The position numbers and the translations under genes were made by a program. From NCBI GenBank assembly GCA_964547985.1, contig CAZJPV010000015.1, positions 1 to 50,553 on the forward strand: a stretch of DNA of 50,553 nt, in the 5' to 3' direction. This document shows, piece after piece, positions 31,373-40,249 of the stretch. The stretch is from an uncultured Syntrophaceae bacterium (GTDB lineage Bacteria; Desulfobacterota; Syntrophia; Syntrophales; UBA2192). Each line of letters opens with the position of its first letter. Position 1 is the stretch's first letter. Below the pieces are notes generated by a model, which did no database searches, was not told where the DNA came from, and was given only the letters and a program-made list of their open reading frames with translations.

Positions 31373-32929
31373 ATGCATAACATTATGGACCTACCCTGGG
31401 TGATGTATACTGGCACTATACAGTGGCAGCAAAGAAGTGCCTCAAGGGTTCTCAGATACTGGGAATCCTTTTTTTTGGGCGCCAAGAGCAACGTCTATTA
31501 TCTGAACGGTCTGGCCAGATACACGACGGAATTCATGACCCCCTACTGGACGGCCCTCAATGCCTTTATGTGCCTTGAGAAGGAGAAAGTAACCACCCAC
31601 GGACCGGCAGATACCCTCCGGGATTACGCGGAGCTTTTCCAGTTCAATCTTCAGATCGCGAGGACCGGTTACTGGAGCGGTTTGCTTGCCATCAACGACT
31701 ACTGCGCCCGGGAATCCGAAAGGACCCTTGCGGCATGCATCAACACGATTTTTGACAGGGAAGGACAGGATTTCAAGGACACCCGGGAGAGGCGTCTGAG
31801 GCTCATCGAGATGGTGAACCGGGAATACCCCCAGGCGATCAAAAGCGTCGAGTCCGAATTCGGGTTTCACATCGACGACGGCGGCTACATCAAGGTGGCT
31901 GAGACGGAGCGATTCGACCTCTACCAGGTGCTGCCGCGGGATAAAAGCGTCGCCGTCAGGGAAAAAGGGAAACCCATCATTATCATCCCGCCCTACGTCC
32001 TCGGTCCCAATATTCTCTGTTTCCTGCCGGGGGAGAACAAGAGCTACGTCCACTGCTACGCCAACCAGGGAATCCCGACCTACATCCGTATCCTCAAGGA
32101 TATCGAAACGACGCCGGCCGTGCAGGTTATGACGGGGGAGGATGACTGTCTCGACACGAGGTATTTCTGCGAGAGGATCAAGGAGCGGCACGGCAGGGCC
32201 GTCACCCTGAACGGCTTCTGCCAGGGGGGGCTCGTTGCGGTAATGGCTCTGCTTTCCGGCGAGCTCGATGGGCTCGTTGACGCCTTCATCACCTGCGTTG
32301 CGCCCATGGACGGCACCCGGAGCCAGGCACTTGTCGCGTACCTCGAACACATCCCGCAGCGCTTCCGCGACCTCGGCTATGCCACAAAGACCCTGCCGAA
32401 CGGAAACAAGGTTGTGGACGGCAAGGTCATGAGCTGGGTTTACAAGTTGAAAAGCATGGAGAGGGAAGCTCCTGTCTACTCTTTTCACCGGGATCTCATG
32501 ATGTTTGACCAGCCCGGGGAAATAAAGGTCAACAAGACCGCTGCGGCCCTGAATTGCTGGCTCACGCAGGGAAGAAAAGACCTTCCCGTGGGGATCACGG
32601 ATCTGAGTTTCAAGTCCTACACAATTCCTGTGACACCGGATGGGACCCTTCCGGTGAAACTCTTCGGCCGGGAGCTGAACTTCAAGCGCCTGAAGGAGAT
32701 GGGGATCCCCTGGCTCATCTGCATCGCCGAGGACGATGATCTCGTCGATAAGGCTGCGTCTCTTGCCGCCCTTGATTTTGTGGACGCGGAAGTCACCGTT
32801 TTCCCAAAAGGACACGGCTCCATTGCTACATCCTGGTCCCTCCCTACCTCGGAGTGCCCCCTCGGGGGATGTTTCAAGAATTTCCGGGGGCCCGTCTGTT
32901 ATCAGCTGGAGCTCGACCAGAAGCACTGA
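31373..32929 (+). CDS. poly(3-hydroxyalkanoate) synthase-like alpha/beta hydrolase with Cys lipase box (divergent PhaC)
   Basis: GGAGGGAAGG RBS. Lipase box LNGFCQGGLVA (G-x-C-x-G-G). PIIIIPPYVLGPNIL block. C-terminal KGHGSI His region resembling class III PhaC. Confidence 0.6.
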   Translation: MHNIMDLPWVMYTGTIQWQQRSASRVLRYWESFFLGAKSNVYYLNGLARYTTEFMTPYWTALNAFMCLEKEKVTTHGPADTLRDYAELFQFNLQIARTGYWSGLLAINDYCARESERTLAACINTIFDREGQDFKDTRERRLRLIEMVNREYPQAIKSVESEFGFHIDDGGYIKVAETERFDLYQVLPRDKSVAVREKGKPIIIIPPYVLGPNILCFLPGENKSYVHCYANQGIPTYIRILKDIETTPAVQVMTGEDDCLDTRYFCERIKERHGRAVTLNGFCQGGLVAVMALLSGELDGLVDAFITCVAPMDGTRSQALVAYLEHIPQRFRDLGYATKTLPNGNKVVDGKVMSWVYKLKSMEREAPVYSFHRDLMMFDQPGEIKVNKTAAALNCWLTQGRKDLPVGITDLSFKSYTIPVTPDGTLPVKLFGRELNFKRLKEMGIPWLICIAEDDDLVDKAASLAALDFVDAEVTVFPKGHGSIATSWSLPTSECPLGGCFKNFRGPVCYQLELDQKH

Positions 32930-33018
32930 AAAAACACGATCAGGAAAGATATTCTCTCCCGCCTTCATTGTTGCTCAATCGATGAAGGGAGGGTCTGAAC
33001 GGCCATCTCTTCCTGCGC

Positions 33019-33555
33019 CTATTTCAAGCCCAGCACGTCCTGCATATCGTAGAGACCGTTTTTTTTCTGATTCACGATCCATTTCGCGGCGGCAATCGCC
33101 TCACGGGCGAAGGTGTCCCGGATGAAGGAGCGGAAAATCCTCTCGGCACCCTTTTCGTGCCCGCTGTAGATCACCGGACTGACATCCGGGACAAGGACGC
33201 ATCTCGTCCGGGCTGAAAAGGTTCTCACCATGTCCATCTCGTCAATCATGAAACCCGTCGTCCCCATGATGAGGGCAACGCCGTTTTCCGAAGCCGTCTT
33301 CAGGTGCTGAAGCGAGGTTTCCTTGTCGGTAAAATCGATGACGACGTCCCCCCGGAGGATACAACCGGCCAGTTGATCGGCAATCAGGACACCGATGTTT
33401 CCGATATTCAGATACGCACCGGCATCCCGGCCTGTGAGTGTATGGTCTTCGTGCTCCACGGCCGCGACGATCCGCATACCCTCCATACCGTGTATCATTT
33501 TGATGATCCGGCTCCCCATCGAGCCGCTCACACCCGCCACGATAATTTTTATCAT
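33019..33555 (-). CDS. dapB: dapB homolog (4-hydroxy-tetrahydrodipicolinate reductase) with in-frame internal deletion of the catalytic/tetramerisation domain; possibly non-functional
   Basis: N-terminus MIKIIVAGVSGSMGSRI, MGTTGF block and C-terminus GLYDMQDVLGL match DapB. Length is 178 aa versus about 270 aa, and the HHxxK catalytic segment is absent. Confidence 0.55.
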   Translation of the reverse strand: MIKIIVAGVSGSMGSRIIKMIHGMEGMRIVAAVEHEDHTLTGRDAGAYLNIGNIGVLIADQLAGCILRGDVVIDFTDKETSLQHLKTASENGVALIMGTTGFMIDEMDMVRTFSARTRCVLVPDVSPVIYSGHEKGAERIFRSFIRDTFAREAIAAAKWIVNQKKNGLYDMQDVLGLK

Positions 33556-33699
33556 GCTCCTGCCTTTGATATCATTTGTTCATGGGCTTGATGTGCATAT
33601 TGGATATCTCTTTACAGCAATATGTAAAATAGAGATAATAAATACATTTTTGTCACGTTTCGAAAAACGCAATCCACATGGAAAGATGGAGGTGACGGT

Positions 33700-34311
33700 A
33701 TGAAAAACAAATATCTGGTCTGGCTCATTATCCCTGTTTTCCTAATCGTGTCGAGTTGCGCAACCGTACCTTCCGTGCCCGAGGAGCACCAGGGCGCGGC
33801 GAAAGGGGCGGCGGTGGGTGCAGCAGCCGGGGCTGTTCTCGGGGCTGTCATAGGTGGTGATGCAAAGAGCGCCGTTATGGGCGGCCTCTTGGGCGCACTC
33901 GTGGGCGGTGTCATCGGACACTACTACGAAGACCAGAGGAAAACCGGGGCGGACACGGCCAAAAAACACCATTATGACCCCGCCAAGGGACCCCTGTTGA
34001 AGATCGAAGAGGCATCCGTCATTCCCCAGACCGTGAGCCCCGGCGACAAAGTGGAGATGAAGTTGACCTACGCCGTTCTCACACCGAAGGAGGAAGACCA
34101 GTTGGAAATCTGCGAGAAACGGGAGATTCGTCTGAACGGTGAACTCGTCGGAAACCCCGAGGTGAAGGTGAACCGCAAAGGGGGTACCTATTCCTCGAGC
34201 ATTCCCCTGACACTGCCGTCGTCGGCCAAAAAGGGCCTGTACGTTGTTGTCGGCACGGTTCAATCCGACAAGCTTTCGGACACGATCCAGACAGCCTTTA
34301 CCGTGAAATAA
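33700..34311 (+). CDS. lipoprotein with N-terminal glycine-zipper region
   Basis: GGAGGTGA RBS. Lipobox IVSSC. Gly-zipper GAAVGAAAGAVLGAVIGG...GGLLGALVGGVIG. Confidence 0.65.
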   Translation: MKNKYLVWLIIPVFLIVSSCATVPSVPEEHQGAAKGAAVGAAAGAVLGAVIGGDAKSAVMGGLLGALVGGVIGHYYEDQRKTGADTAKKHHYDPAKGPLLKIEEASVIPQTVSPGDKVEMKLTYAVLTPKEEDQLEICEKREIRLNGELVGNPEVKVNRKGGTYSSSIPLTLPSSAKKGLYVVVGTVQSDKLSDTIQTAFTVK

Positions 34312-34390
34312 ATGGATGCAGGTGAGCCCGACCGGCCGCAAAAGGCCGGTCAGGCTCAACGGTTGTCTTACTGTTGACGGGATTCTTCTC

Positions 34391-35680
34391 TTATTCCAGT
34401 GCCCGTTTATCCCCGGCGTTCTTGCCGTAGCGTTCTTCAAGAAGTCTCACCATGTCAAGGCCCGTCAGGGTCTTCATCTGCTCGAAAAAAGAATTCACCG
34501 ATCCGGCGAGGCTTCCGACCAGGTGCGGCAGTCCCCCTCCATTTCCGCCCCCGCCCCCGTCGACGACGGTCAACCGCTCGACGTTGAGGTTCGAGGCGAT
34601 GACTTTTGAGACGTGGCTCACGAGTTCGGGCAGCAACTGGATCATGAAGAGCTCCCGGCTATCCTCGTGCTCCCATTGCTCGCGCAGGAGTCTCAGGGCT
34701 TCGGCCTTGGCCTTACCTTCCTCAAAGGTGTAGGCGGCCTGGCCGATGGCCTTGAGCATCAGCGCCTCTTTCTCCGCCTCGGCTGGAATGACCACTTCGG
34801 CCTGGTATTTCAGCCTGTTCGTCTCCACGCGCTTTGCTTCGAGGTCCTTCGTTTCCCCCATACGCGCGATGTCCCCCGCCACCTTGGCTTTCTCTTCAGC
34901 ACGGTTGGCCTCGGCCCTCCATGAGGCCTGTGCCGCCTTGAACTCGAGCTCTGACTTCGCGACGGACTTTTTTGACTCGATTTCGGCAATATCTGCGACC
35001 CGTTTGCTCTCGGCCTCTTTCTGGCTGGCCTCGGCATTGGAGGTGGCCTCCACGATCCTGGCATCCCTCTGCACCTCGGCGTTTTTCTTCCGGGCAATGG
35101 CCTCGAGGTAGCCCTTGTCGTCCTTGATCTCCTGGATTTTCAGGGTGTCCAGAACCAGGCCCAGCCGCTGCATGTCCTCCCGTGCCTCTCCGGCGACCTG
35201 CTGTGAGAGGGCAATCCGGTTTGCATTCGCTTCCTCGGGCTCCATGGTGGCCAGGACTCCCCGCAGTGTTCCTTCCAGTATCTCGCGGGCCGTCGTGGCG
35301 ATGGCCGTCGAACTCTTGCCCAGGAAGCGCTCGATGGCGTTTCCCAGACCCTGCTCCAGTGAGCCCGCGATCTTGATGTTGGCCATGGCCTTCACGTTAA
35401 CGGGGATGGTCCCCCTCGTGAGGGCCCCCGTCACGTCCATCTCGATGGGCATGGTGCTCAGGGACAGGGTGCTGACCGTTTCAATGAGAGGGATCTTCAG
35501 AGCCCTGCCTCCCCGGATGACCCGGTATCCGACATAACCTTTTTCCTTGTCCTTGAACTTGCGACCCGAGAAGATCATGACCTCGTTGGGCTGGCAGATC
35601 TTCATGTTGGCCTTGATGTATATCACGACAACCATGACGGCCAGTGCAACCAGCAGGATGCTCAAAATTTCGATGTTCAT
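34391..35680 (-). CDS. flotillin / SPFH (band-7) family protein
   Basis: N-terminal TM helix and SPFH domain. Long Ala/Glu-rich coiled-coil flotillin region (EAEKEALMLKAIGQAAY...). Confidence 0.85.
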   Translation of the reverse strand: MNIEILSILLVALAVMVVVIYIKANMKICQPNEVMIFSGRKFKDKEKGYVGYRVIRGGRALKIPLIETVSTLSLSTMPIEMDVTGALTRGTIPVNVKAMANIKIAGSLEQGLGNAIERFLGKSSTAIATTAREILEGTLRGVLATMEPEEANANRIALSQQVAGEAREDMQRLGLVLDTLKIQEIKDDKGYLEAIARKKNAEVQRDARIVEATSNAEASQKEAESKRVADIAEIESKKSVAKSELEFKAAQASWRAEANRAEEKAKVAGDIARMGETKDLEAKRVETNRLKYQAEVVIPAEAEKEALMLKAIGQAAYTFEEGKAKAEALRLLREQWEHEDSRELFMIQLLPELVSHVSKVIASNLNVERLTVVDGGGGGNGGGLPHLVGSLAGSVNSFFEQMKTLTGLDMVRLLEERYGKNAGDKRALE

Positions 35681-35798
35681 AACCTATCCTCCATTCCCGG
35701 TTTATTCAGATATTAAATCCATCGTTATTCCTCATATCATTTTACAACTTCCTTATGCCCTGTGCCTGATGCCTTGAGCCTGCAGCAAGGCTGCGCCG

Positions 35799-37214
35799 CT
35801 ATATGTCGTAGTAGAGGGCGAACTCGTACGGATGCGGTCTCAGCCGGATCATGTCATTTTCTCTTTTGCGCTTGTATTCAATCCATACCTCGATGAGGTC
35901 CTTCGTGAAGACGTCGCCCTTGAGGAGGTAGGTGTGGTCCTTCTCCAGGTTGTCGAGGACCTCCGAAAGGGATCCAGGAGTGGCTCGGATGTGCTTCTTC
36001 TCCTCCGCCGGGAGCTCGTAAATATCATGATCGATCGGGGGAGGGGGCTCCATCTCTTTTTCGATCCCGTCCAGGCCCGCCATGAGCATCGCCGCGAGAG
36101 CCAGATAGGGGTTGCAGGAGCAGTCGGGGCAGCGGAACTCGATGCGCTTGGCCTTCTCGCTCTGGGAGTACATGGGGATCCGGACGCAGGCACTCCGGTT
36201 TCTCTGGGAGTAAACCAGGTTGATCGGCGCCTCGTACCCCGGCACCAACCTTCGGTAGGAGTTCGTCGTGGGTGACGTAAAGGCGAGGAGCGACGGCGCG
36301 TGGTGCAGGAGTCCCCCGATATAGTGGCGGCAGATCTGGCTGATCCCGCCGTAACCGCTGGGATCGTAGAAGAGGTTTCTGCCACCCCTCCAGAGACTCT
36401 GGTGGACGTGCATCCCCGAACCGTTGTCCATGAAAAGGGGTTTGGGCATAAAAGTGACGGTCTTGCCATGTTTATGGGCCACGTTCTTGACGACGTATTT
36501 ATATTTCATGAGCATATCGCCCGTGTTCACGAGCGTGTTGACCCGGACCCCGATCTCGCACTGTCCCGCCGTGGCCACTTCGTGGTGATGGAGGATCACG
36601 GGGATACCGACCTCGGTCATCACCTTGCACATTTTGGCCCTCAAATTCTGGAGGCTGTCCGTCGGAGGAACGGGGAAGTAACCTTCCTTGTAGCGGGGTT
36701 TGTAGCCCAGGTTCGGTCCCTCTTCCCTCCCGGTGTTCCAGGACCCCTCCACGGAGTCGATCCGGTAGAAACCCGAGTGCTGGTTCTGGTCGTATCGGAT
36801 GTCATCGAAGATGTAAAACTCGGGCTCCGGCCCGAACCAGACCGTGTCGGCGATACCGCAGGCAGAGAGGTACCGCTCCGCCTTCTGGGCCACGTTGCGG
36901 GGATCGCGGGAGTAGGGAATCTGCGTCACGGGGTCTTTCACGTTGCAAATCATGCTGAGTGTCGGGTCCGCCATAAAGGGGTCCACGAAAGCCGTGGCCG
37001 GATCAGGCCGCAGCAGCATGTCGCTTTCGTTGATGGGTTGGAAACCCCGGATGCTGGAGCCGTCAAAACCAAGGCCGGCGATAAACAGGTCCTCTGCGAG
37101 ATCCTGGATCGGTATCGTGATATGCTGCCACATCCCCGGGATGTCGGTAAATTTCATGTCGATGAATTCCAACTGCTTGTCTTTGGCATATCGAGTCAAT
37201 TCTTTAAGGTTCAT
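35799..37214 (-). CDS. glnA: glutamine synthetase type I (GSI-beta-like, 471 aa)
   Basis: Canonical GS blocks ([16 protein letters not shown], adenylylation-loop region [16 protein letters not shown]). Last gene of the amtB-glnK-glnA cluster. Confidence 0.9.
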   Translation of the reverse strand: MNLKELTRYAKDKQLEFIDMKFTDIPGMWQHITIPIQDLAEDLFIAGLGFDGSSIRGFQPINESDMLLRPDPATAFVDPFMADPTLSMICNVKDPVTQIPYSRDPRNVAQKAERYLSACGIADTVWFGPEPEFYIFDDIRYDQNQHSGFYRIDSVEGSWNTGREEGPNLGYKPRYKEGYFPVPPTDSLQNLRAKMCKVMTEVGIPVILHHHEVATAGQCEIGVRVNTLVNTGDMLMKYKYVVKNVAHKHGKTVTFMPKPLFMDNGSGMHVHQSLWRGGRNLFYDPSGYGGISQICRHYIGGLLHHAPSLLAFTSPTTNSYRRLVPGYEAPINLVYSQRNRSACVRIPMYSQSEKAKRIEFRCPDCSCNPYLALAAMLMAGLDGIEKEMEPPPPIDHDIYELPAEEKKHIRATPGSLSEVLDNLEKDHTYLLKGDVFTKDLIEVWIEYKRKRENDMIRLRPHPYEFALYYDI

Positions 37215-37231
37215 TTTTCCCTGCCTCCCGT

Positions 37232-37573
37232 CTATCCGATCGCCTTTCCGCCGCGTTCACCGGTCCGGATTCTCACGACCTCGAAGAGATCGAGGACGAA
37301 TATCTTTCCGTCGCCGATCTCCCCGGTCCGGGCCCCTTTGACGATGGCACCGACAGTGGGCTCGACGAAGTCCTCGTTGACGGCGATCTCGAGCTTGACC
37401 TTCTTGAGGAGCGTGCCGGCTTCTTTCGCGCCCCTGTACACCTCGGTGAGGCCCTTCTGCCGGCCGCGCCCGAGGACGGTGGAGACGGTCACCAGGTTTA
37501 CCTCGATATCCTCAAGGGCCTTCATGACTTCATCGAGCTTGTGCGGCTGGATGATGGCGACGATGTATTTCAT
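37232..37573 (-). CDS. glnK: PII nitrogen regulatory protein (GlnK-type, linked to amtB)
   Basis: [16 protein letters not shown] ... GRGRQKG T-loop ... [11 protein letters not shown]. Position 51 is Glu, not Tyr. Confidence 0.9.
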   Translation of the reverse strand: MKYIVAIIQPHKLDEVMKALEDIEVNLVTVSTVLGRGRQKGLTEVYRGAKEAGTLLKKVKLEIAVNEDFVEPTVGAIVKGARTGEIGDGKIFVLDLFEVVRIRTGERGGKAIG

Positions 37574-37585
37574 TATAGTTTCCTC

Positions 37586-38821
37586 CTACTCCACCAACGT
37601 ATACGCCGATTCACTGTGCTGGGTCAGATCGAGGCCGATAATCTCCTGTTTCTGCTCCACCCGCATGCCGATCAGGGCGTCGACAAATTTGTAGAGAACC
37701 CATGTCATGGTGGCCGCGTAGGTCACGGCGACCAGAACGAGGAAACACTGCACGAGAAACTGCTGCATATTCCCGAACAGAAGACCGTTGGCCCCTGCCT
37801 CGTTCACGGCTTTTTCGGCGAAGATGCCGGTCGCGATGGTCCCCCATATGCCGCCGATGCCATGAATGCCGAAGACATCGAGGGAGTCGTCGTATTTAAA
37901 TTTGGTCTTTATCCTGGCCACAGCGATGTAACAGAAGATACTCACGAAAATACCGATGAAAATGGCGTTCATGGGATTCACGAATCCGCAGGCCGGCGTG
38001 ATGGCGACCAGTCCGGCGACAGCGCCTGTCACGACACCGAGGACCGTGGGCGATCCGTGCTGCTGCCATTCGATAAGGGCCCAGGCGAGCCCGGCTGCGG
38101 CGGTAGCCACGTGGGTGGTCACAAAGGCGTTGGCGGCCAGTTCGTTGGCCGCGAGGGCGCTGCCGGCGTTAAAACCGAACCACCCGAACCACAGCAGCGC
38201 GCCGCCCAATACCGTGAAGGGCAAATTGTGCGGTGTGAAGGTGTGTTCATCAACGCCTATCCTCTTGCCAATGAGTAAAGCCAGGACCAGGGCCGATACA
38301 CCGGAACTGGTGTGAACAACGATCCCCCCGGCAAAATCCAATGCGCCCAGATTCCTGAGCCAGCCACCAATGCCCCAGACCCAGTGTCCGAGGGGATCGT
38401 AAACAAAGGTTGCCCATAGAATCGTAAAGATGAGGAATCCGGAAAATTTGATCCGTTCCGCGTAGGTCCCGATGATGAGGGCCGGTGTGATGACGGCGAA
38501 CATGCACTGGAAGATCATGAAGGCGTAGTGGGGGATGGTGGCCGCGTAGTCGGCAAAGGGTTGACCGCCGACCCCTTTCAGCCCGGCCCATTCCAGGCCG
38601 CCGATGATCCCGCGGCCCGCGTCGGGCCCGAATGTGAGAGAGTAACCGTAGAGTACCCACTGGAGGCTGATCACGCACAGGATGATGAAGCATTGCATCA
38701 GGGCCGAAAGGACATTCTTCCTTCGTACGAGCCCGCCATAGAAGAAGGCCAGTCCCGGCATCGTCATCAAAAGTACGAGGGCAGCAGAAGTCAGTACCCA
38801 CGTTGTATCACCTGAGTTCAT
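37586..38821 (-). CDS. amtB: ammonium transporter
   Basis: Amt/MEP family blocks (DFAGGIVVHTSSG, GxxAxxG). 11 TM helices. Confidence 0.9.
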   Translation of the reverse strand: MNSGDTTWVLTSAALVLLMTMPGLAFFYGGLVRRKNVLSALMQCFIILCVISLQWVLYGYSLTFGPDAGRGIIGGLEWAGLKGVGGQPFADYAATIPHYAFMIFQCMFAVITPALIIGTYAERIKFSGFLIFTILWATFVYDPLGHWVWGIGGWLRNLGALDFAGGIVVHTSSGVSALVLALLIGKRIGVDEHTFTPHNLPFTVLGGALLWFGWFGFNAGSALAANELAANAFVTTHVATAAAGLAWALIEWQQHGSPTVLGVVTGAVAGLVAITPACGFVNPMNAIFIGIFVSIFCYIAVARIKTKFKYDDSLDVFGIHGIGGIWGTIATGIFAEKAVNEAGANGLLFGNMQQFLVQCFLVLVAVTYAATMTWVLYKFVDALIGMRVEQKQEIIGLDLTQHSESAYTLVE

Positions 38822-38875
38822 TGTTTTTTACCTCCCGGTCGTCGGATAGAGATAAGCTTTCCTGCTTACTGGATA

Positions 38876-38892
38876 TGGCAAGGGGGATGCCA
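38876..38892 (-). promoter_or_regulatory. sigma-54 (-24/-12) promoter of amtB-glnK-glnA
   Basis: Minus strand reads TGGCAT-ccccc-TTGCC with exact consensus spacing. Lies about 45 nt upstream of the amtB ATG, which is preceded by CCGGGAGG RBS. Confidence 0.55.
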
Positions 38893-39113
38893 GGCGAGAG
38901 AAAAAAAATAAGTCATTGAAAACACATGTGAATGTGCAATCACATCCAATGGAAACAGGTCATATTTGGAACAAAAATGTATCTCGTTAAGACGAGACAT
39001 ACAATATTGTTTCTATTTTCCCAAGAAATCTCGCGCTTCGTTATCGATGGTTCAGGTCAAATCCCAAACGATCCTCTGCAGATAAAACAAAAACACCCTG
39101 ATGCTACCCGGCG

Positions 39114-39129
39114 TGGCACTTCTCTTGAT
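39114..39129 (+). promoter_or_regulatory. weak sigma-54-like element upstream of the outer-membrane protein gene
   Basis: TGGCAC-ttctc-TTGAT. The -24 element is perfect but the -12 GC is replaced by GA. Confidence 0.25.
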
Positions 39130-39184
39130 TTGGTTATGACCATCGGACGTCTGATACAGAAACCAATCTATCAAACGAAAGGGG

Positions 39185-40033
39185 ATGCTCATGACGAACC
39201 ACTCGAGACAAATTCATTACAGAAGATTTATCCTCTCCAGCCTGTACGTCATTGCCATCATCTTTAGCTTCGTCACCGTCGCAAAGGCAGAAGAAGAAAA
39301 ACCGGCAATGGATGCCACCGTCGCTACCCTCAGCCAGTATATATGGCGGGGCCAGGAAATGACGAGAAACAGTGTCGTCATTCAACCCTCCCTGACGGCA
39401 AGTTACAAAGGCTTCTCCGTCAACTTCTGGGGAAACCTCGACACGGATCCTTATACAAGGACGGATACGAGTTACTCCAGCAAGTGGACGGAGACGGATC
39501 TTACGCTCTGTTACAGCAAGTCCTTCGGGATCGTAACGGCGGGGGCGGGCTATATCTATTACGGCTTTGCGGCACCCAACGCGGGGGCGCCCGACCCTTT
39601 GGATTCCCAAGAGCTCTATGCATCGGTCGGTCTCAATACCCTTCTTTCACCCACCCTGACGGTGTACAAGGAGATCGATCATTACCACCAGTGGTACTTC
39701 CTGCTGGGTGTTTCGCACCTCTTCAAATTCAGTGATGCCGTCGGAATGAAATTGTCGGCATCAGCGAGTTATCTGAAGAGCGAGGATGAGACGACCTATC
39801 CGGAAGTCAATGATAACCAGGTCCCCACGGGAGACAAGTTCAATAACTTTCATGACGGCGTGCTTTCCGCGAGCTTTCCCATCACACCGATGAAGTACGT
39901 GACCATCGCGCCGACGGTTTCCTGGATCTTCCCGCTTTCCGATGATGCGAAGAATGAAATGAAATACCGGAGCAAAGACGGCGAGACCGACAACTTCCTG
40001 GTGTGCGGGCTCAGCTTGGGTTTTGCCTTCTGA
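39185..40033 (+). CDS. outer-membrane beta-barrel protein (MipA/OmpV-like or gcw_chp-like)
   Basis: Signal peptide ending VAKAEEE. Alternating amphipathic beta-strand pattern. C-terminal aromatic GLSLGFAF. Confidence 0.65.
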   Translation: MLMTNHSRQIHYRRFILSSLYVIAIIFSFVTVAKAEEEKPAMDATVATLSQYIWRGQEMTRNSVVIQPSLTASYKGFSVNFWGNLDTDPYTRTDTSYSSKWTETDLTLCYSKSFGIVTAGAGYIYYGFAAPNAGAPDPLDSQELYASVGLNTLLSPTLTVYKEIDHYHQWYFLLGVSHLFKFSDAVGMKLSASASYLKSEDETTYPEVNDNQVPTGDKFNNFHDGVLSASFPITPMKYVTIAPTVSWIFPLSDDAKNEMKYRSKDGETDNFLVCGLSLGFAF

Positions 40034-40249
40034 TAGGCTGTTGAAAAAGCCCATTTACTTTCTTTCCTCATCCTTCGTTGTTGCGACGTACGTTACAAAG
40101 TACACCTCACGCCTCAAGAATGTTAATTCCTCGCTCATATGCGAGAAAGTTAGAAACTTAAAGAATGGCCGCCTCGCCAGGATCATTCGTTGATGTGGTC
40201 GAGGAAGAATGGCCATTACGCGGTCAGGGAGAGGGGTACCTGGGGGGTA

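Noticed and set aside
31442-32968. 508-aa minus-strand ORF
   Set aside because: Antisense to the PhaC-like gene, which has an RBS and conserved lipase box. The reverse frame is Gly/Pro/Arg-rich.
36300-37694. 464-aa plus-strand ORF
   Set aside because: Lies entirely antisense to glnA and glnK, with a low-complexity Pro/Arg/Gly-rich translation typical of the reverse frame of GC-rich genes.
39114-39129. Confident sigma-54 promoter for the outer-membrane protein gene
   Set aside because: The -12 element is TTGAT (no GC dinucleotide), so it is kept only as a low-confidence feature and not as a finding.
40034-40249. CTCGC-tcatatg-GCGAG hairpin as a bidirectional terminator between the OMP gene and purF
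   Set aside because: Short 5-bp stem without a flanking T/A tract on either strand.
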